Below are positions 41,620 through 51,259 of a stretch of DNA of 64,000 bases, in pieces (the first letter of the stretch is position 1; every line of letters starts with the position of its first letter). Where the stretch lies: the IMG/VR virus record IMGVR_UViG_3300037502_003888, positions 36,643-100,642 of that record. One strand, given 5' to 3'. A model generated the notes under the pieces. The model was not told the DNA's origin. It did no database searches and worked only from the letters and a program-made list of their open reading frames with translations. A program made the position numbers and the translations under genes. This DNA is from a virus.

Positions 41620-42836
41620 AAATCCCGCACGATCAATTCTGTGTGCTGCCCTGGATCAGCCTAGAAGCCAGCCCCATAGGCACAGTGCGACCCTGCTGCC
41701 TGGCCCTGGACGAGATACCCGACGATCATGGCAACAAATTCAATCTCTCCACGGCTGATCTGTCAGAGATACAGAGCAGCGCTCACATGACCATGTTGCG
41801 ACAGCAATTCTTGGCCCAAGAACGACCCGCCACTTGCCAGCGCTGCTGGAACGAGGAAGATGCTGGTCGCACCAGCAAACGCATGCACACGCTGAATCGA
41901 CTGCAACACATGATCCAGGACGAGTCATGGGACTCGCAGGCCAAACCCCTGCAGTTCTTGGATCTCAAACTGGGCAACATCTGCAATCTAAAGTGCAGGA
42001 TCTGCGGATCGTGGAGCAGCAGCACCTTTGCGGCCGAGGAGCTGGCAGAGATCCCTGATCGAGATCAGCGACGCAGCAGTTTCCACTACACCATGTTGCG
42101 TGCCGGGGCATGGCCCAGGAACAGCCCTGATTTCTGGAGCCAACTGCAGCGCATACTCACACACATACGATACATTGAGTTCACCGGTGGCGAACCATTC
42201 ATGATCGCCGAACATTTTGAACTGCTGCAAACTCTGGTATCACAGGGCGTGGCCGCAAACATAGAGATACACTACAACACCAATGGCACGCATTTCCCCG
42301 AACACGCGCCGGAAATATGGCGACATTTCCAGCACGTGGAAATAGCATTCAGCATTGATGATGTAGATCAGAGATTTGAATATCAGCGCAGCGGTGCCAG
42401 CTGGACCGAAGTCAACGCCAACATCCAGCGCTTCCGTGAACTGCGACACAGCATGTCGAATATCACTCTGCAGGTATGCTGTACAGTGAATATTTTCAAT
42501 GTGTTGTATCTGTCAGAAGTGGCACAGTGGATACACCAGCAAGATTTTGATTTTGTGTACTGGAACATGCTGCATGATGCGCCAGAGTGGAGCATACGGA
42601 ATCTGCAGTGGGCGGCCAAACGTTTCGTAGAAAATCATCTGCGCTGGCAACAGTTCACTGACAGTGATCGCCAGGAGATCAATCGCATCGTGGAATTCAT
42701 GATGTCGGGTGGACTGACCTGGGATCGCAACATCGTTCCGCGCATATTGGAATTGGATCGGCGACGAGGTGAGAGGCTAGACCAAGTGGCACCTTTGTTG
42801 GCCTATGTGATAAAATATGACCCTCCCGCCAAATAA
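41616..42836 (+). CDS. Radical SAM protein with N-terminal Twitch-type domain (4 of 5)
   Basis: CNLKCRIC and TGGEP; FCVLPW...PCC...CQRC; GTGA-coupled GTG start after AAGGA. Confidence 0.9.
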   Translation: MKIPHDQFCVLPWISLEASPIGTVRPCCLALDEIPDDHGNKFNLSTADLSEIQSSAHMTMLRQQFLAQERPATCQRCWNEEDAGRTSKRMHTLNRLQHMIQDESWDSQAKPLQFLDLKLGNICNLKCRICGSWSSSTFAAEELAEIPDRDQRRSSFHYTMLRAGAWPRNSPDFWSQLQRILTHIRYIEFTGGEPFMIAEHFELLQTLVSQGVAANIEIHYNTNGTHFPEHAPEIWRHFQHVEIAFSIDDVDQRFEYQRSGASWTEVNANIQRFRELRHSMSNITLQVCCTVNIFNVLYLSEVAQWIHQQDFDFVYWNMLHDAPEWSIRNLQWAAKRFVENHLRWQQFTDSDRQEINRIVEFMMSGGLTWDRNIVPRILELDRRRGERLDQVAPLLAYVIKYDPPAK

Positions 42837-44115
42837 TCTCTGTCTGGCTCCATGGACGCACACCTATCTCAGTCCACAGACCGAAAGGCGGATGTGCTGT
42901 GCTAGCCGCGAACCAGCACAAAATTTCCAGCAGTACATAGACACAGCCGCTGGAACTGGGCGATACATCCCCATAACCCTAGAGCAACACTGGAACAGTG
43001 AACACATGCGAAGCGTGCGACGCCGGATGCTGGCCGGCGAGACCTTGCCTGAATGTGAAGTGTGCAATGACCGCCTGCTCAACACCGATGTGTATCGCGA
43101 TTATTTCTGGCATCTATTCCAGCACCTGTGGCCCGAGGTGCAGCGATCCACAGATGACACCGGTGCCACCACCATGCAGCCCGTGAGCTGGGATTACCGT
43201 TTCAGCAATCTCTGCAATTTCAAATGCCGCATGTGTGGTGACATGCTGAGCTCGAGCTGGGAGAGCGAACAGCGCCAGCACAACATGATAGACTGGGACA
43301 ATCCCAAAAATATCTGGATGCGTCCCACGGTGCGTGAAGAGATCTCGAGATTCCAAGACCAACAGATCGAACAGGAATTCAGTGCAGCAGTGGAACAGCA
43401 TCGCATACAGGAGATATACTGGGTGGGCGGTGAGCCTTTGATGTACGAGCAGCATTGGCGATACATGTCGCGTATCATTGAGTTGGGCGATGGCCCTGGA
43501 CTGTACGCACGTTACAACACCAATCTCAGCCGTTGTGAATATCGCGGACAGGATCTCTGGCGCGACATCTTGGCACATGTGCGCGATTGGCAGATATGTG
43601 CCAGTCTCGACGGTACCGGCCACATCGGAGAATATATCCGCACAGGATTGGATTACCAGGCATGGTTGGAAAATTTCCAGCGTGGAGTCACACACCAACG
43701 CCATCGGCGCCAGATGCGCATAGATTTTACCTTGACCTTGCCTGGACTGTGGGAAGTCATGAACATACGTGATCTCGCGCGTGGACTTGGCGTTGATGTC
43801 TTGGCCAAAGTCGTGTTTGCTTTTTCTCCGGAGATCATATGGAGTCCCTTGGCCTTGCCACGACATCTCTTGGAACCGCATCTAGCACGGCTGGAACGAC
43901 AGCTTGATGCTGGTGCCCTGCGAGATGTCATCACTAATCTGCGCCAACGTGCCACGTTCCAAGAGCAGTGGCCCGATCAGTACTGGGATGGACTGCGCCG
44001 TGGCAAGGCCCGTGTGCTAAAACTGGAATCGATCCGCCGGGCACCAGTGACCTTGGAATACATACTGAGTTATGATCCAAAAATCCTTGACTGGTGGAGA
44101 TCTATCCCCGATTAG
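42817..44115 (+). CDS. Radical SAM protein with N-terminal Twitch-type domain (5 of 5)
   Basis: CNFKCRMC and VGGEP; LCLAPW...MCC...CEVC. Confidence 0.9.
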   Translation: MTLPPNNLCLAPWTHTYLSPQTERRMCCASREPAQNFQQYIDTAAGTGRYIPITLEQHWNSEHMRSVRRRMLAGETLPECEVCNDRLLNTDVYRDYFWHLFQHLWPEVQRSTDDTGATTMQPVSWDYRFSNLCNFKCRMCGDMLSSSWESEQRQHNMIDWDNPKNIWMRPTVREEISRFQDQQIEQEFSAAVEQHRIQEIYWVGGEPLMYEQHWRYMSRIIELGDGPGLYARYNTNLSRCEYRGQDLWRDILAHVRDWQICASLDGTGHIGEYIRTGLDYQAWLENFQRGVTHQRHRRQMRIDFTLTLPGLWEVMNIRDLARGLGVDVLAKVVFAFSPEIIWSPLALPRHLLEPHLARLERQLDAGALRDVITNLRQRATFQEQWPDQYWDGLRRGKARVLKLESIRRAPVTLEYILSYDPKILDWWRSIPD

Positions 44116-45229
44116 AGTGGTGTTGCGAGATCCGCAACACCACAGCGATACCCTAGACTACGTGATAAGAGTCTATGATTCACCACTGGCCCGTGACTGG
44201 CACCAACAGTTACAACAGTTGCTCCGGGGCGGGTATGAATTAGAAAAAAATTTCTGTTTCTTGGGATTCCCTGACAATCCACGCACCACCCAATATCTCT
44301 GCAGTGAACTCAATCACCACATACAACGGATCAATCACAGTGACCTGGGATATCGCATAGATCTCTGGTTTGATGACCAGGCCATCTTTGCTCCAGACCC
44401 CACGTATGAGTTTGATCACATACATCCCGGACCCAATCATGATCTGTTTAATGCCTTGCACAATCATTTCGAGATACTGCAAGGCACTGTGGATTCTCTC
44501 AGTGTGTGGTATCTGCGTGCTGACCCCCAGACCAAATACAGCATACGCCAGCTCAACAACATCTGTCATGAGCTTGAAAGTCTCATACTGAGCCTGCGTC
44601 GTCGTGCCACGGCACCGCTGTGGATACGCCCCAGCCAGATCACCACATGGCTCACGGCACCGCGGTGTGATCTGTTGCCACATCATCGACAGGGGTTTGC
44701 GGAAAATGGATATGATCGGAGACTGGGCGGTGTATACATGCACTGGGCACAGATCGGCAAGACCTTGTTTGAAGTATGGCGCGACGAGGGCGCACCAGAA
44801 CTCACAAGCACGGTGTGTGAGGCCATAACACATCTCCGGTATTACAGTGGAGAATTTGACATAGAGTGGGCCCGTGACATCGTTTACGGTGAACAGGACT
44901 GGCACACCCGAGAACAAGATCAGTTCCGGCAGTGGTTGCAACACAACGACCTAGATCCCAGTGATCCTGAGCTGAGCCTGGGATACCTGCCCCTGGGGCA
45001 AGTAGATCTACAGGGCAGTTTTGGCACCACGGTGCCCGAAGAGATATGGCACATGCTCAGCAGCCATCTCGACATCTGGCGCATAGAAACCGCAGGCGTG
45101 GCAGCACAGTACGATCAGTGTTGGAGCGATGCTGATCACGAACAACAACAAATCCGCAGACTCATGGCGGGATATCAATATCATGGAGACAGTTATGAAT
45201 TGGCTACACAGGATCTGGGCACGCATTAA
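44072..45229 (+). CDS. Hypothetical protein within the radical SAM operon (start uncertain)
   Basis: 385-aa ORF overlapping both neighbours; LHNHFE, NNICHELE and YMHWAQIGKT motifs; family not recognised. Confidence 0.7.
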   Translation: MIQKSLTGGDLSPIRVVLRDPQHHSDTLDYVIRVYDSPLARDWHQQLQQLLRGGYELEKNFCFLGFPDNPRTTQYLCSELNHHIQRINHSDLGYRIDLWFDDQAIFAPDPTYEFDHIHPGPNHDLFNALHNHFEILQGTVDSLSVWYLRADPQTKYSIRQLNNICHELESLILSLRRRATAPLWIRPSQITTWLTAPRCDLLPHHRQGFAENGYDRRLGGVYMHWAQIGKTLFEVWRDEGAPELTSTVCEAITHLRYYSGEFDIEWARDIVYGEQDWHTREQDQFRQWLQHNDLDPSDPELSLGYLPLGQVDLQGSFGTTVPEEIWHMLSSHLDIWRIETAGVAAQYDQCWSDADHEQQQIRRLMAGYQYHGDSYELATQDLGTH

Positions 45230-45296
45230 ACTAGAGATACGTTATCGACGCAAGCTGCGTGAACTACGCAAACGCGATCCTTTTATCTACAAATGA
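45195..45296 (+). CDS. 33-aa basic peptide coupled to the carbamoyltransferase (not in the ORF track)
   Basis: GGAG RBS; MNWLHRIWARIKLEIRYRRKLRELRKRDPFIYK; its stop overlaps the next ATG. Confidence 0.7.
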   Translation: MNWLHRIWARIKLEIRYRRKLRELRKRDPFIYK

Positions 45297-46765
45297 AACA
45301 CATCTTGGGTGTGTCTGCGGGATTCCACGACGCTGCTGTCAGTGTGATCGATCACGACGGCAACATCGTGTTTGCCGGGCACAGCGAGCGCTACAGCAAA
45401 CTCAAAAATGATGCCGGCATCAGTCCGGATCTGTTGGAGGATTTGCCTGATGTAGAGTTCAGTGCCATGGCTTTTTACGAACGTCCTTGGGCACACAATT
45501 TACAGCAGTGGATATCCGGTCAGCGCCGCTACAGCCACTGGACCACCTGTGGTGCTCTGCGCCATCATCTCTCGCGCACACCTGTGAACAGCCGGAGTTT
45601 TCCGCACCACCTCAGCCATGCCGCTGCAGGATTCCAGACCTCTCCGTTCAAGAGCGCTGCAGTGGTGGTGATCGATGCCATAGGTGAACTTGACACCATA
45701 TCCATTTATCGTGCGGACTATGACACACAGGGTCAGGCACGATATCGGCGCGTGTGGCGCCAGGGATATCCTCACAGTGTGGGACTGTTTTACAGTGCTG
45801 TGACACAGCGCGTGGGTCTGCGCGCCGGTGATGAGGAATACATCACCATGGGCATGGCCGCCTACGGCACGCCGTTGCACCAGCACTACCTCGCAGACAA
45901 ATTCCTAGACGATGTGGGCACGGTCCGCTTCCGTGAAAATCTCCATCTAGGCATAGCATCAAATGAGCTGGGCTGGATGACGGATCAAGACATAGCGGCC
46001 TGCGCGCAGGCCATCACGGAAAAAATCATTGATGCCGTGATGCAGCGTGCCCGCCAACTCACAGGCGAAAGCAATTTAGTGTATGGTGGTGGAGTGGCCC
46101 TGAATTGTGTGGCCAATCGGCTGCTGGGACGGCATTTTGATCGCATATGGATCATGCCCAATCCCGGTGATGCTGGCAGCAGCCTTGGGGCTGCAGCCTT
46201 GGTGCTGGGACGCAAACTGCAGTGGCACGATGCTTTCTTGGGTCATCTCATACCCGGTGACTATCCCGTGCAGGCCATATTGGCCGAACTGCATCATTCC
46301 AAGATCGCAGGTGTGGCATCGGGTCGCGCAGAGTTCGGTCCCAGGGCTCTGGGCAATCGCAGCCTGCTGGCCGACCCCAGGCTGCCTGACATACGTGACA
46401 GGGTCAATGACATCAAACGCCGGCAGAAGTTCAGACCTTTCGCTCCAGTGATATTGCAAGAACACGCGGATCAATATTTTATCATGCCCCGGGGCTGGCA
46501 ACACAGTCCATACATGCAGACCGTGGCCAGCGTGCGCAGGCCTGATTTGTTCCCTGGCATCACTCACGTGGATTACAGCGCTAGGGTGCAGACCGTGGCG
46601 CCAGGCACTGGGGGTATACGCCAGCTGCTGGAGCAGTGGTATCGAGACACAGGTTGTCCCATGCTGCTCAACACCAGTCTCAATGTGCGCGGTGAACCCA
46701 TGGTCAATGATCGCAGCGACGCTGATAGATTCCAGGATCTCTACAAAGTAAAAGTCTTGAGTTGA
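45293..46765 (+). CDS. Carbamoyltransferase, NodU/CmcH family
   Basis: HDAA, ERYS..K, HHLSHAA, GGVALNC, GDAG, EFGPRALGNRS, FRPFAP and LLNTSLN. Confidence 0.95.
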   Translation: MKHILGVSAGFHDAAVSVIDHDGNIVFAGHSERYSKLKNDAGISPDLLEDLPDVEFSAMAFYERPWAHNLQQWISGQRRYSHWTTCGALRHHLSRTPVNSRSFPHHLSHAAAGFQTSPFKSAAVVVIDAIGELDTISIYRADYDTQGQARYRRVWRQGYPHSVGLFYSAVTQRVGLRAGDEEYITMGMAAYGTPLHQHYLADKFLDDVGTVRFRENLHLGIASNELGWMTDQDIAACAQAITEKIIDAVMQRARQLTGESNLVYGGGVALNCVANRLLGRHFDRIWIMPNPGDAGSSLGAAALVLGRKLQWHDAFLGHLIPGDYPVQAILAELHHSKIAGVASGRAEFGPRALGNRSLLADPRLPDIRDRVNDIKRRQKFRPFAPVILQEHADQYFIMPRGWQHSPYMQTVASVRRPDLFPGITHVDYSARVQTVAPGTGGIRQLLEQWYRDTGCPMLLNTSLNVRGEPMVNDRSDADRFQDLYKVKVLS

Positions 46766-47829
46766 TTCAACATGCTGTTGAATTCTCGATCCAGCACTGA
46801 CAGCAGTCCACCGCGGTAAAAATGATCCCAGTTATGTTGCACGATTGATCGGCTGTGGCGCCATATCTGTGCGCGATCTTGATGGCTGGCGCCGTCGATG
46901 TCGGCCAACAAGGCTGTGACGCGTTCCAGCCTACGTAGGTCGTTGGTTTCTTGATCATAGCTTTCGTCCCATAGATCATGGAAAGTGCGGAATCCATATT
47001 CCTTGAGATATTCTAGTGTGCCCGCTGGTGCCACCGGTATCAACAGCATGCCCAGGGCCATGGCTTTCATGGTCTTTTCAGTGAGATGCGTGCGATCTCC
47101 CCAGTACACGGTTTCCGTGGGCACATAAATCATGCTGTCATGCACTTCGGCATAATTGCCCAGGGTACTGCTGCTCATGAGCTGTTCGTGTTCGTTTTGG
47201 AAAAATCTCGGCAGTTCCAGTGATGCCAGCACATCCACGATGTCAGGATAAGCATGCCGGAACTTGTCGGCCACCACAAGGATGTCTGTGTGTTCGTAGG
47301 GACAGATGCGCGGCACACTGATATGATTGTGCATGAGTCCGTGGCGAGCCAACAGGTACACAAACAACACCCTGTGATCGCGCTCACCACCAATGATCCG
47401 ATTTGGGCTCATAAACGTGCGCCGGGGCATCACACGATGTGCAGGATGTTGCAGCAGGAGATTGCGATCGTAGCCACGATACCAATCCAACGCTGCCCAT
47501 CCATGGAAAAAATAATAGTGTGGTTGCCAGCCGTAAATATCTCGCAATCTACGCAGCTGGCCTCCGCGTTCACTCACTATCACAGCACCAGCACCGCTGC
47601 CCTGGGCGCGATCCATGATCTCGCTCCACAAGAATTGGTGATGTTGAAACTGCAGTGGTTCTTGATCATGCATGACCACATAGGCATGTGGATCAGCGGT
47701 CCGGAAACTCCGGAGATAAGGGATGTCTGCCGATCCGGGTGGATCACAGTAATACATGTCGCAATCAGGGAGATGACGTTGTATCCAAGGCCAGAACACA
47801 GTGTCGTAGATTTCATCGATACGTATCAT
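46741..47829 (-). CDS. GT10-like 'TEKT' family putative glycosyltransferase
   Basis: PTET...HLTEKTMKAM...G.LEYLKEYGFRTF..LWDESYD. Confidence 0.6.
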   Translation of the reverse strand: MIRIDEIYDTVFWPWIQRHLPDCDMYYCDPPGSADIPYLRSFRTADPHAYVVMHDQEPLQFQHHQFLWSEIMDRAQGSGAGAVIVSERGGQLRRLRDIYGWQPHYYFFHGWAALDWYRGYDRNLLLQHPAHRVMPRRTFMSPNRIIGGERDHRVLFVYLLARHGLMHNHISVPRICPYEHTDILVVADKFRHAYPDIVDVLASLELPRFFQNEHEQLMSSSTLGNYAEVHDSMIYVPTETVYWGDRTHLTEKTMKAMALGMLLIPVAPAGTLEYLKEYGFRTFHDLWDESYDQETNDLRRLERVTALLADIDGASHQDRAQIWRHSRSIVQHNWDHFYRGGLLSVLDREFNSMLNQLKTFTL

Positions 47830-50800
47830 GTTTGATATTTTTTATTTGGATCAGCGACCAACGGAGTTGCCTTGGGCTAGGCCTGCCAACAGCATCCAGC
47901 ATGCCCAGAGTCTGTCGAACACGCGGTATTTTTGGATCGCCACATACTTAGCGGACTACAGTGATTGGGACTGGCTTTGGGAGCCACCGCCTTGGCAAAG
48001 CCATCAGAGGCATGCCTGGGCCAGCCAATGGCAACCCGACAGCGGCACATACTTGGTGCCCAGGACCGGCTATCAAGACACCAACTATCACACTTGGCCG
48101 CAGATCCTGCGGTTACCCGACCCCTCGGCATGGCACATTCCACGTGCCGTGGATCCCAACAGCTTTGATTGGAGCTGGCATCCCAATCCCTTGGAACCAG
48201 ATTTTGAATATCACTTTGGCACTCAGTGGCAATGCTCGGGTGGTCCGATATATCCTGGCACAGCAGGCATCAAACTCTGCACGGATCAACGGGCCTTGGT
48301 CTTGCCAGATCGCAACCACTGGTGGATCCCCGATCACATCGACGATCACAGCATAGATTTCAGTTGGCATCCTAGTTTGCTTGAGCCACCGGCTGTGTAT
48401 CATTTTGATGCGGGCCGTGGTTGGCACAACATAGGTGGACCTGAATATCGTGTGCCTGGAGCGATTGGCGTCAAGTACATCCAGGATCTCGCCATCACCA
48501 CTCGTGGTGATCCTCAGTGCTGGTACATTCCCGACTGGATAGATCCTGCCAGCATAGATACCACATGGTGTCCCAATCCCAGTGATCCCGCCTACATCTA
48601 CGAATTTCCCGTGGAGTGGGGCTGGGATCATGTGGGCGGACCCGAGTATCGCGTGCCAGGTGCCCGTGAACGCAAATACGTCACAGATTTCGTGGCACGC
48701 ACACGTCCTGATCCCAGTAACTTTGAAGTGCTGGATCATTTGGATCCACACGACGATGTGTTCCGCTGGCGTCCCAATCCCAGAGACCCCGCGTATGTGT
48801 ATGTGTTTGGTAATCAGTGGTGGTCCGCGGAACAGAGGGCCAGCGCGGTGTATCGTGTGCCTGGAGCCACTGAGATCAAATACATGTCAGAGCCACGGGC
48901 ACGGCGCCTGGCCGTGCCCGAACACTATCGTATTTTGGCACAGGACGCTGAATTTGATCAGTCTTGGGAGCCCGATCCCGGTGACCCCGCCTACATCTAT
49001 GTGTTTGGTAATCAATGGCACCCACCCGAGATCATGCCTACGGTAGAATATCATGTGCCTGGTGCTGAAGAACGCAAGTTCATGGACCATCCACGGGCCC
49101 AGCTCACAGCCACCCACGACGATCTATGGAAAGCACTGGTGCCATGTTCCTGGGATCGCACATGGACGCCGGATCCTGGCGATCCACCTTATATCTATGT
49201 GTTTGGTAACCAGTGGCATCCCGGTGAGATCATGCCCACGCTAGAATATCATGTGCCAGGTGCCACCCAACGTAAATTTGTTGCCGACGTCGCAGCTACG
49301 TTGCCGCCTAGCCGAGAATTCTGGCACATACCCGAAGACGTCGACGCCGAGGCCATAGACTACAGCTGGTGCCCGGATCCTGGTGATCCTCCCTATGTTT
49401 ATCACTTTGGTTCAGAACATCAGACGTCAGTGGGCGTGACCTACACAGTGCCCGGAGCACAGGAAATCAAATTTGCTGGTGACATACCTTTGATTGACCG
49501 CCACCACAAAGCCATGATAGAGTCAGCAGCGTTTTTCATTGACTTTGGCAATCCACTGTCGGCCCAGAGATTCCAAGAGCTGCAGGCTAGATTGCCTGAC
49601 CTCGAGCGTGTGAGATATGTCAACAGCATGTTGGATACCCTGAGACGTTGTGCCCGGCGCAGCGACACGCCGCGTTTTTGGGCCGTGAGCAGCCACAATG
49701 ATTATCGTGATTTTGATTTTTCATGGCATCCCGAGACCTGGCAGCGGGGTATGATACATGTGTTTGGCACGCAATGGAACAAATGGAGTGATACTCTGCT
49801 GGTGAATCGCTGGGAGTTCGAGCGACAGAGCCCCTGGCAGACACAGATCGGAGATTTCTACAATCTCAATTTCGTATCCAATCAACGTGTCACGGCAGCC
49901 ACCGACGCTGCTGATATCATAGTGGTAGATCATGGTAACGCAGAAAGAGATCGTGTGATCGCGGACCTGGGCACTAGGCCCGGCAGAGTGGTACGCACTG
50001 CGAGATATTTTGACAACTATCTAGACACTCTACGTCGCGTGATCGATGACTCCACCCAGTCTCAGCACGTATGGATCTGCAGCACCCTGTGTGATTACAG
50101 AGAGTTTGACTTCTCTTGGCAGCCCGAAGTCTGGCAACGAGACATGATACATGTGTTCGCTTCGGGAAACAACAAGTTTGGGGATACTTTTTTGGTTCCT
50201 GTTGATGCCTGGCGACAGCAACAAAATAAGTTAGAGTTACTGGATTGGTTTGATACAGTGCATTATGTGGCCGACATCTCAGTGCCGCGATGGCCCATGC
50301 CCGTGATACGCCACAGCGAGGACACTCATGTGCAGCAGATACAACATACAGAATTCACAGCACCCTTGATGTTGTTTACAGTCAGTGATCAGCGATTCGA
50401 TCACATACCCACTGTCAGTATCTGGCGAGAGCGCACGGAAACCATCGTGCCTTTGGATTCCGGTGCCGAATCAGTGATAGTGCCACGGCGCGCTGTGGCC
50501 AGTATCCGTACCCAGCTCTATGATTATGCACACATAGACCGCACCCATAGATCCACATACAGTTGTAGCCCGTTGGACATTGTGTTCATCAGCCACGGCG
50601 AGGCCAATGCTGAACGCAATTGGGTTATGCTCCAGGAATCTGTATCCTCATGCCCCAACCAAATCCATCGCATTGACGGTGTCACAGGACGAGTGGCTGC
50701 ATATCAGGCCGCAGCCCAGGTCAGTGCCACGCCATGGTTCTTTGCTGTGTTTGCCAAGCTAGAGATCAACGCAGATTTTGACTGGGCATGGCAACCCGAT

Positions 50801-51259
50801 CGCATGCAGCAGCCCAAGCATTATATCTTCCATGCGCGCAATCCTGTCACGGGATTGGTGTACGGTCACCAGGCCATGATAGCTTACAATCGTGATCTAG
50901 TGATGAGCAACACTGGATCTGGTCTGGACTTCACACTAGATCAGCCACATGAAGTAGTGCCTGTGATATCAGGCACGGCTTGGTATGCTGATAGTGCTTG
51001 GATGGCCTGGCGCACAGCGTTCCGTGAAGCCTTGAAACTACGACACAGCTTGCCGGATGTGGAGAATCAATATCGCCTGCAGCAGTGGCTGGCACCAGGT
51101 CAAGGCGTCAACAGTGAGTGGAGCCAGCGCGGCGCAGAAGATGCTGTGGAATATTACGATAGTGTTGGGGGAGATTTCACAGCTCTGCGGAAGAGCTATG
51201 AGTGGGCATGGCTGTCTAGCTATGCTCTCTTGCGTAGAAATCTAACACCTGATCAATGA
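47828..51259 (+). CDS. 1143-aa protein with tandem Trp/Pro repeats and several degenerate GT-A-like modules
   Basis: The C-terminal domain aligns by eye with 36702..37628 (DIVFISHGE, RIDGVTG, ARNPVTGLVYG, AWRTAFRE); seven central repeats. Confidence 0.75.
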   Translation: MFDIFYLDQRPTELPWARPANSIQHAQSLSNTRYFWIATYLADYSDWDWLWEPPPWQSHQRHAWASQWQPDSGTYLVPRTGYQDTNYHTWPQILRLPDPSAWHIPRAVDPNSFDWSWHPNPLEPDFEYHFGTQWQCSGGPIYPGTAGIKLCTDQRALVLPDRNHWWIPDHIDDHSIDFSWHPSLLEPPAVYHFDAGRGWHNIGGPEYRVPGAIGVKYIQDLAITTRGDPQCWYIPDWIDPASIDTTWCPNPSDPAYIYEFPVEWGWDHVGGPEYRVPGARERKYVTDFVARTRPDPSNFEVLDHLDPHDDVFRWRPNPRDPAYVYVFGNQWWSAEQRASAVYRVPGATEIKYMSEPRARRLAVPEHYRILAQDAEFDQSWEPDPGDPAYIYVFGNQWHPPEIMPTVEYHVPGAEERKFMDHPRAQLTATHDDLWKALVPCSWDRTWTPDPGDPPYIYVFGNQWHPGEIMPTLEYHVPGATQRKFVADVAATLPPSREFWHIPEDVDAEAIDYSWCPDPGDPPYVYHFGSEHQTSVGVTYTVPGAQEIKFAGDIPLIDRHHKAMIESAAFFIDFGNPLSAQRFQELQARLPDLERVRYVNSMLDTLRRCARRSDTPRFWAVSSHNDYRDFDFSWHPETWQRGMIHVFGTQWNKWSDTLLVNRWEFERQSPWQTQIGDFYNLNFVSNQRVTAATDAADIIVVDHGNAERDRVIADLGTRPGRVVRTARYFDNYLDTLRRVIDDSTQSQHVWICSTLCDYREFDFSWQPEVWQRDMIHVFASGNNKFGDTFLVPVDAWRQQQNKLELLDWFDTVHYVADISVPRWPMPVIRHSEDTHVQQIQHTEFTAPLMLFTVSDQRFDHIPTVSIWRERTETIVPLDSGAESVIVPRRAVASIRTQLYDYAHIDRTHRSTYSCSPLDIVFISHGEANAERNWVMLQESVSSCPNQIHRIDGVTGRVAAYQAAAQVSATPWFFAVFAKLEINADFDWAWQPDRMQQPKHYIFHARNPVTGLVYGHQAMIAYNRDLVMSNTGSGLDFTLDQPHEVVPVISGTAWYADSAWMAWRTAFREALKLRHSLPDVENQYRLQQWLAPGQGVNSEWSQRGAEDAVEYYDSVGGDFTALRKSYEWAWLSSYALLRRNLTPDQ
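48131..49488 (+). repeat. Seven tandem ~65-aa protein repeats
   Basis: Consensus W.IP...D...D.SW.P.P.DP.Y.Y.FG.QW......P..EY.VPGA...K[YF]. Confidence 0.85.

Noticed and set aside
48131-49488. Possible CRISPR array or DGR template/variable repeats
   Set aside because: The repeats are in-frame protein repeats with synonymous divergence. There are no spacers, no adenine-specific pattern and no reverse transcriptase in the window.
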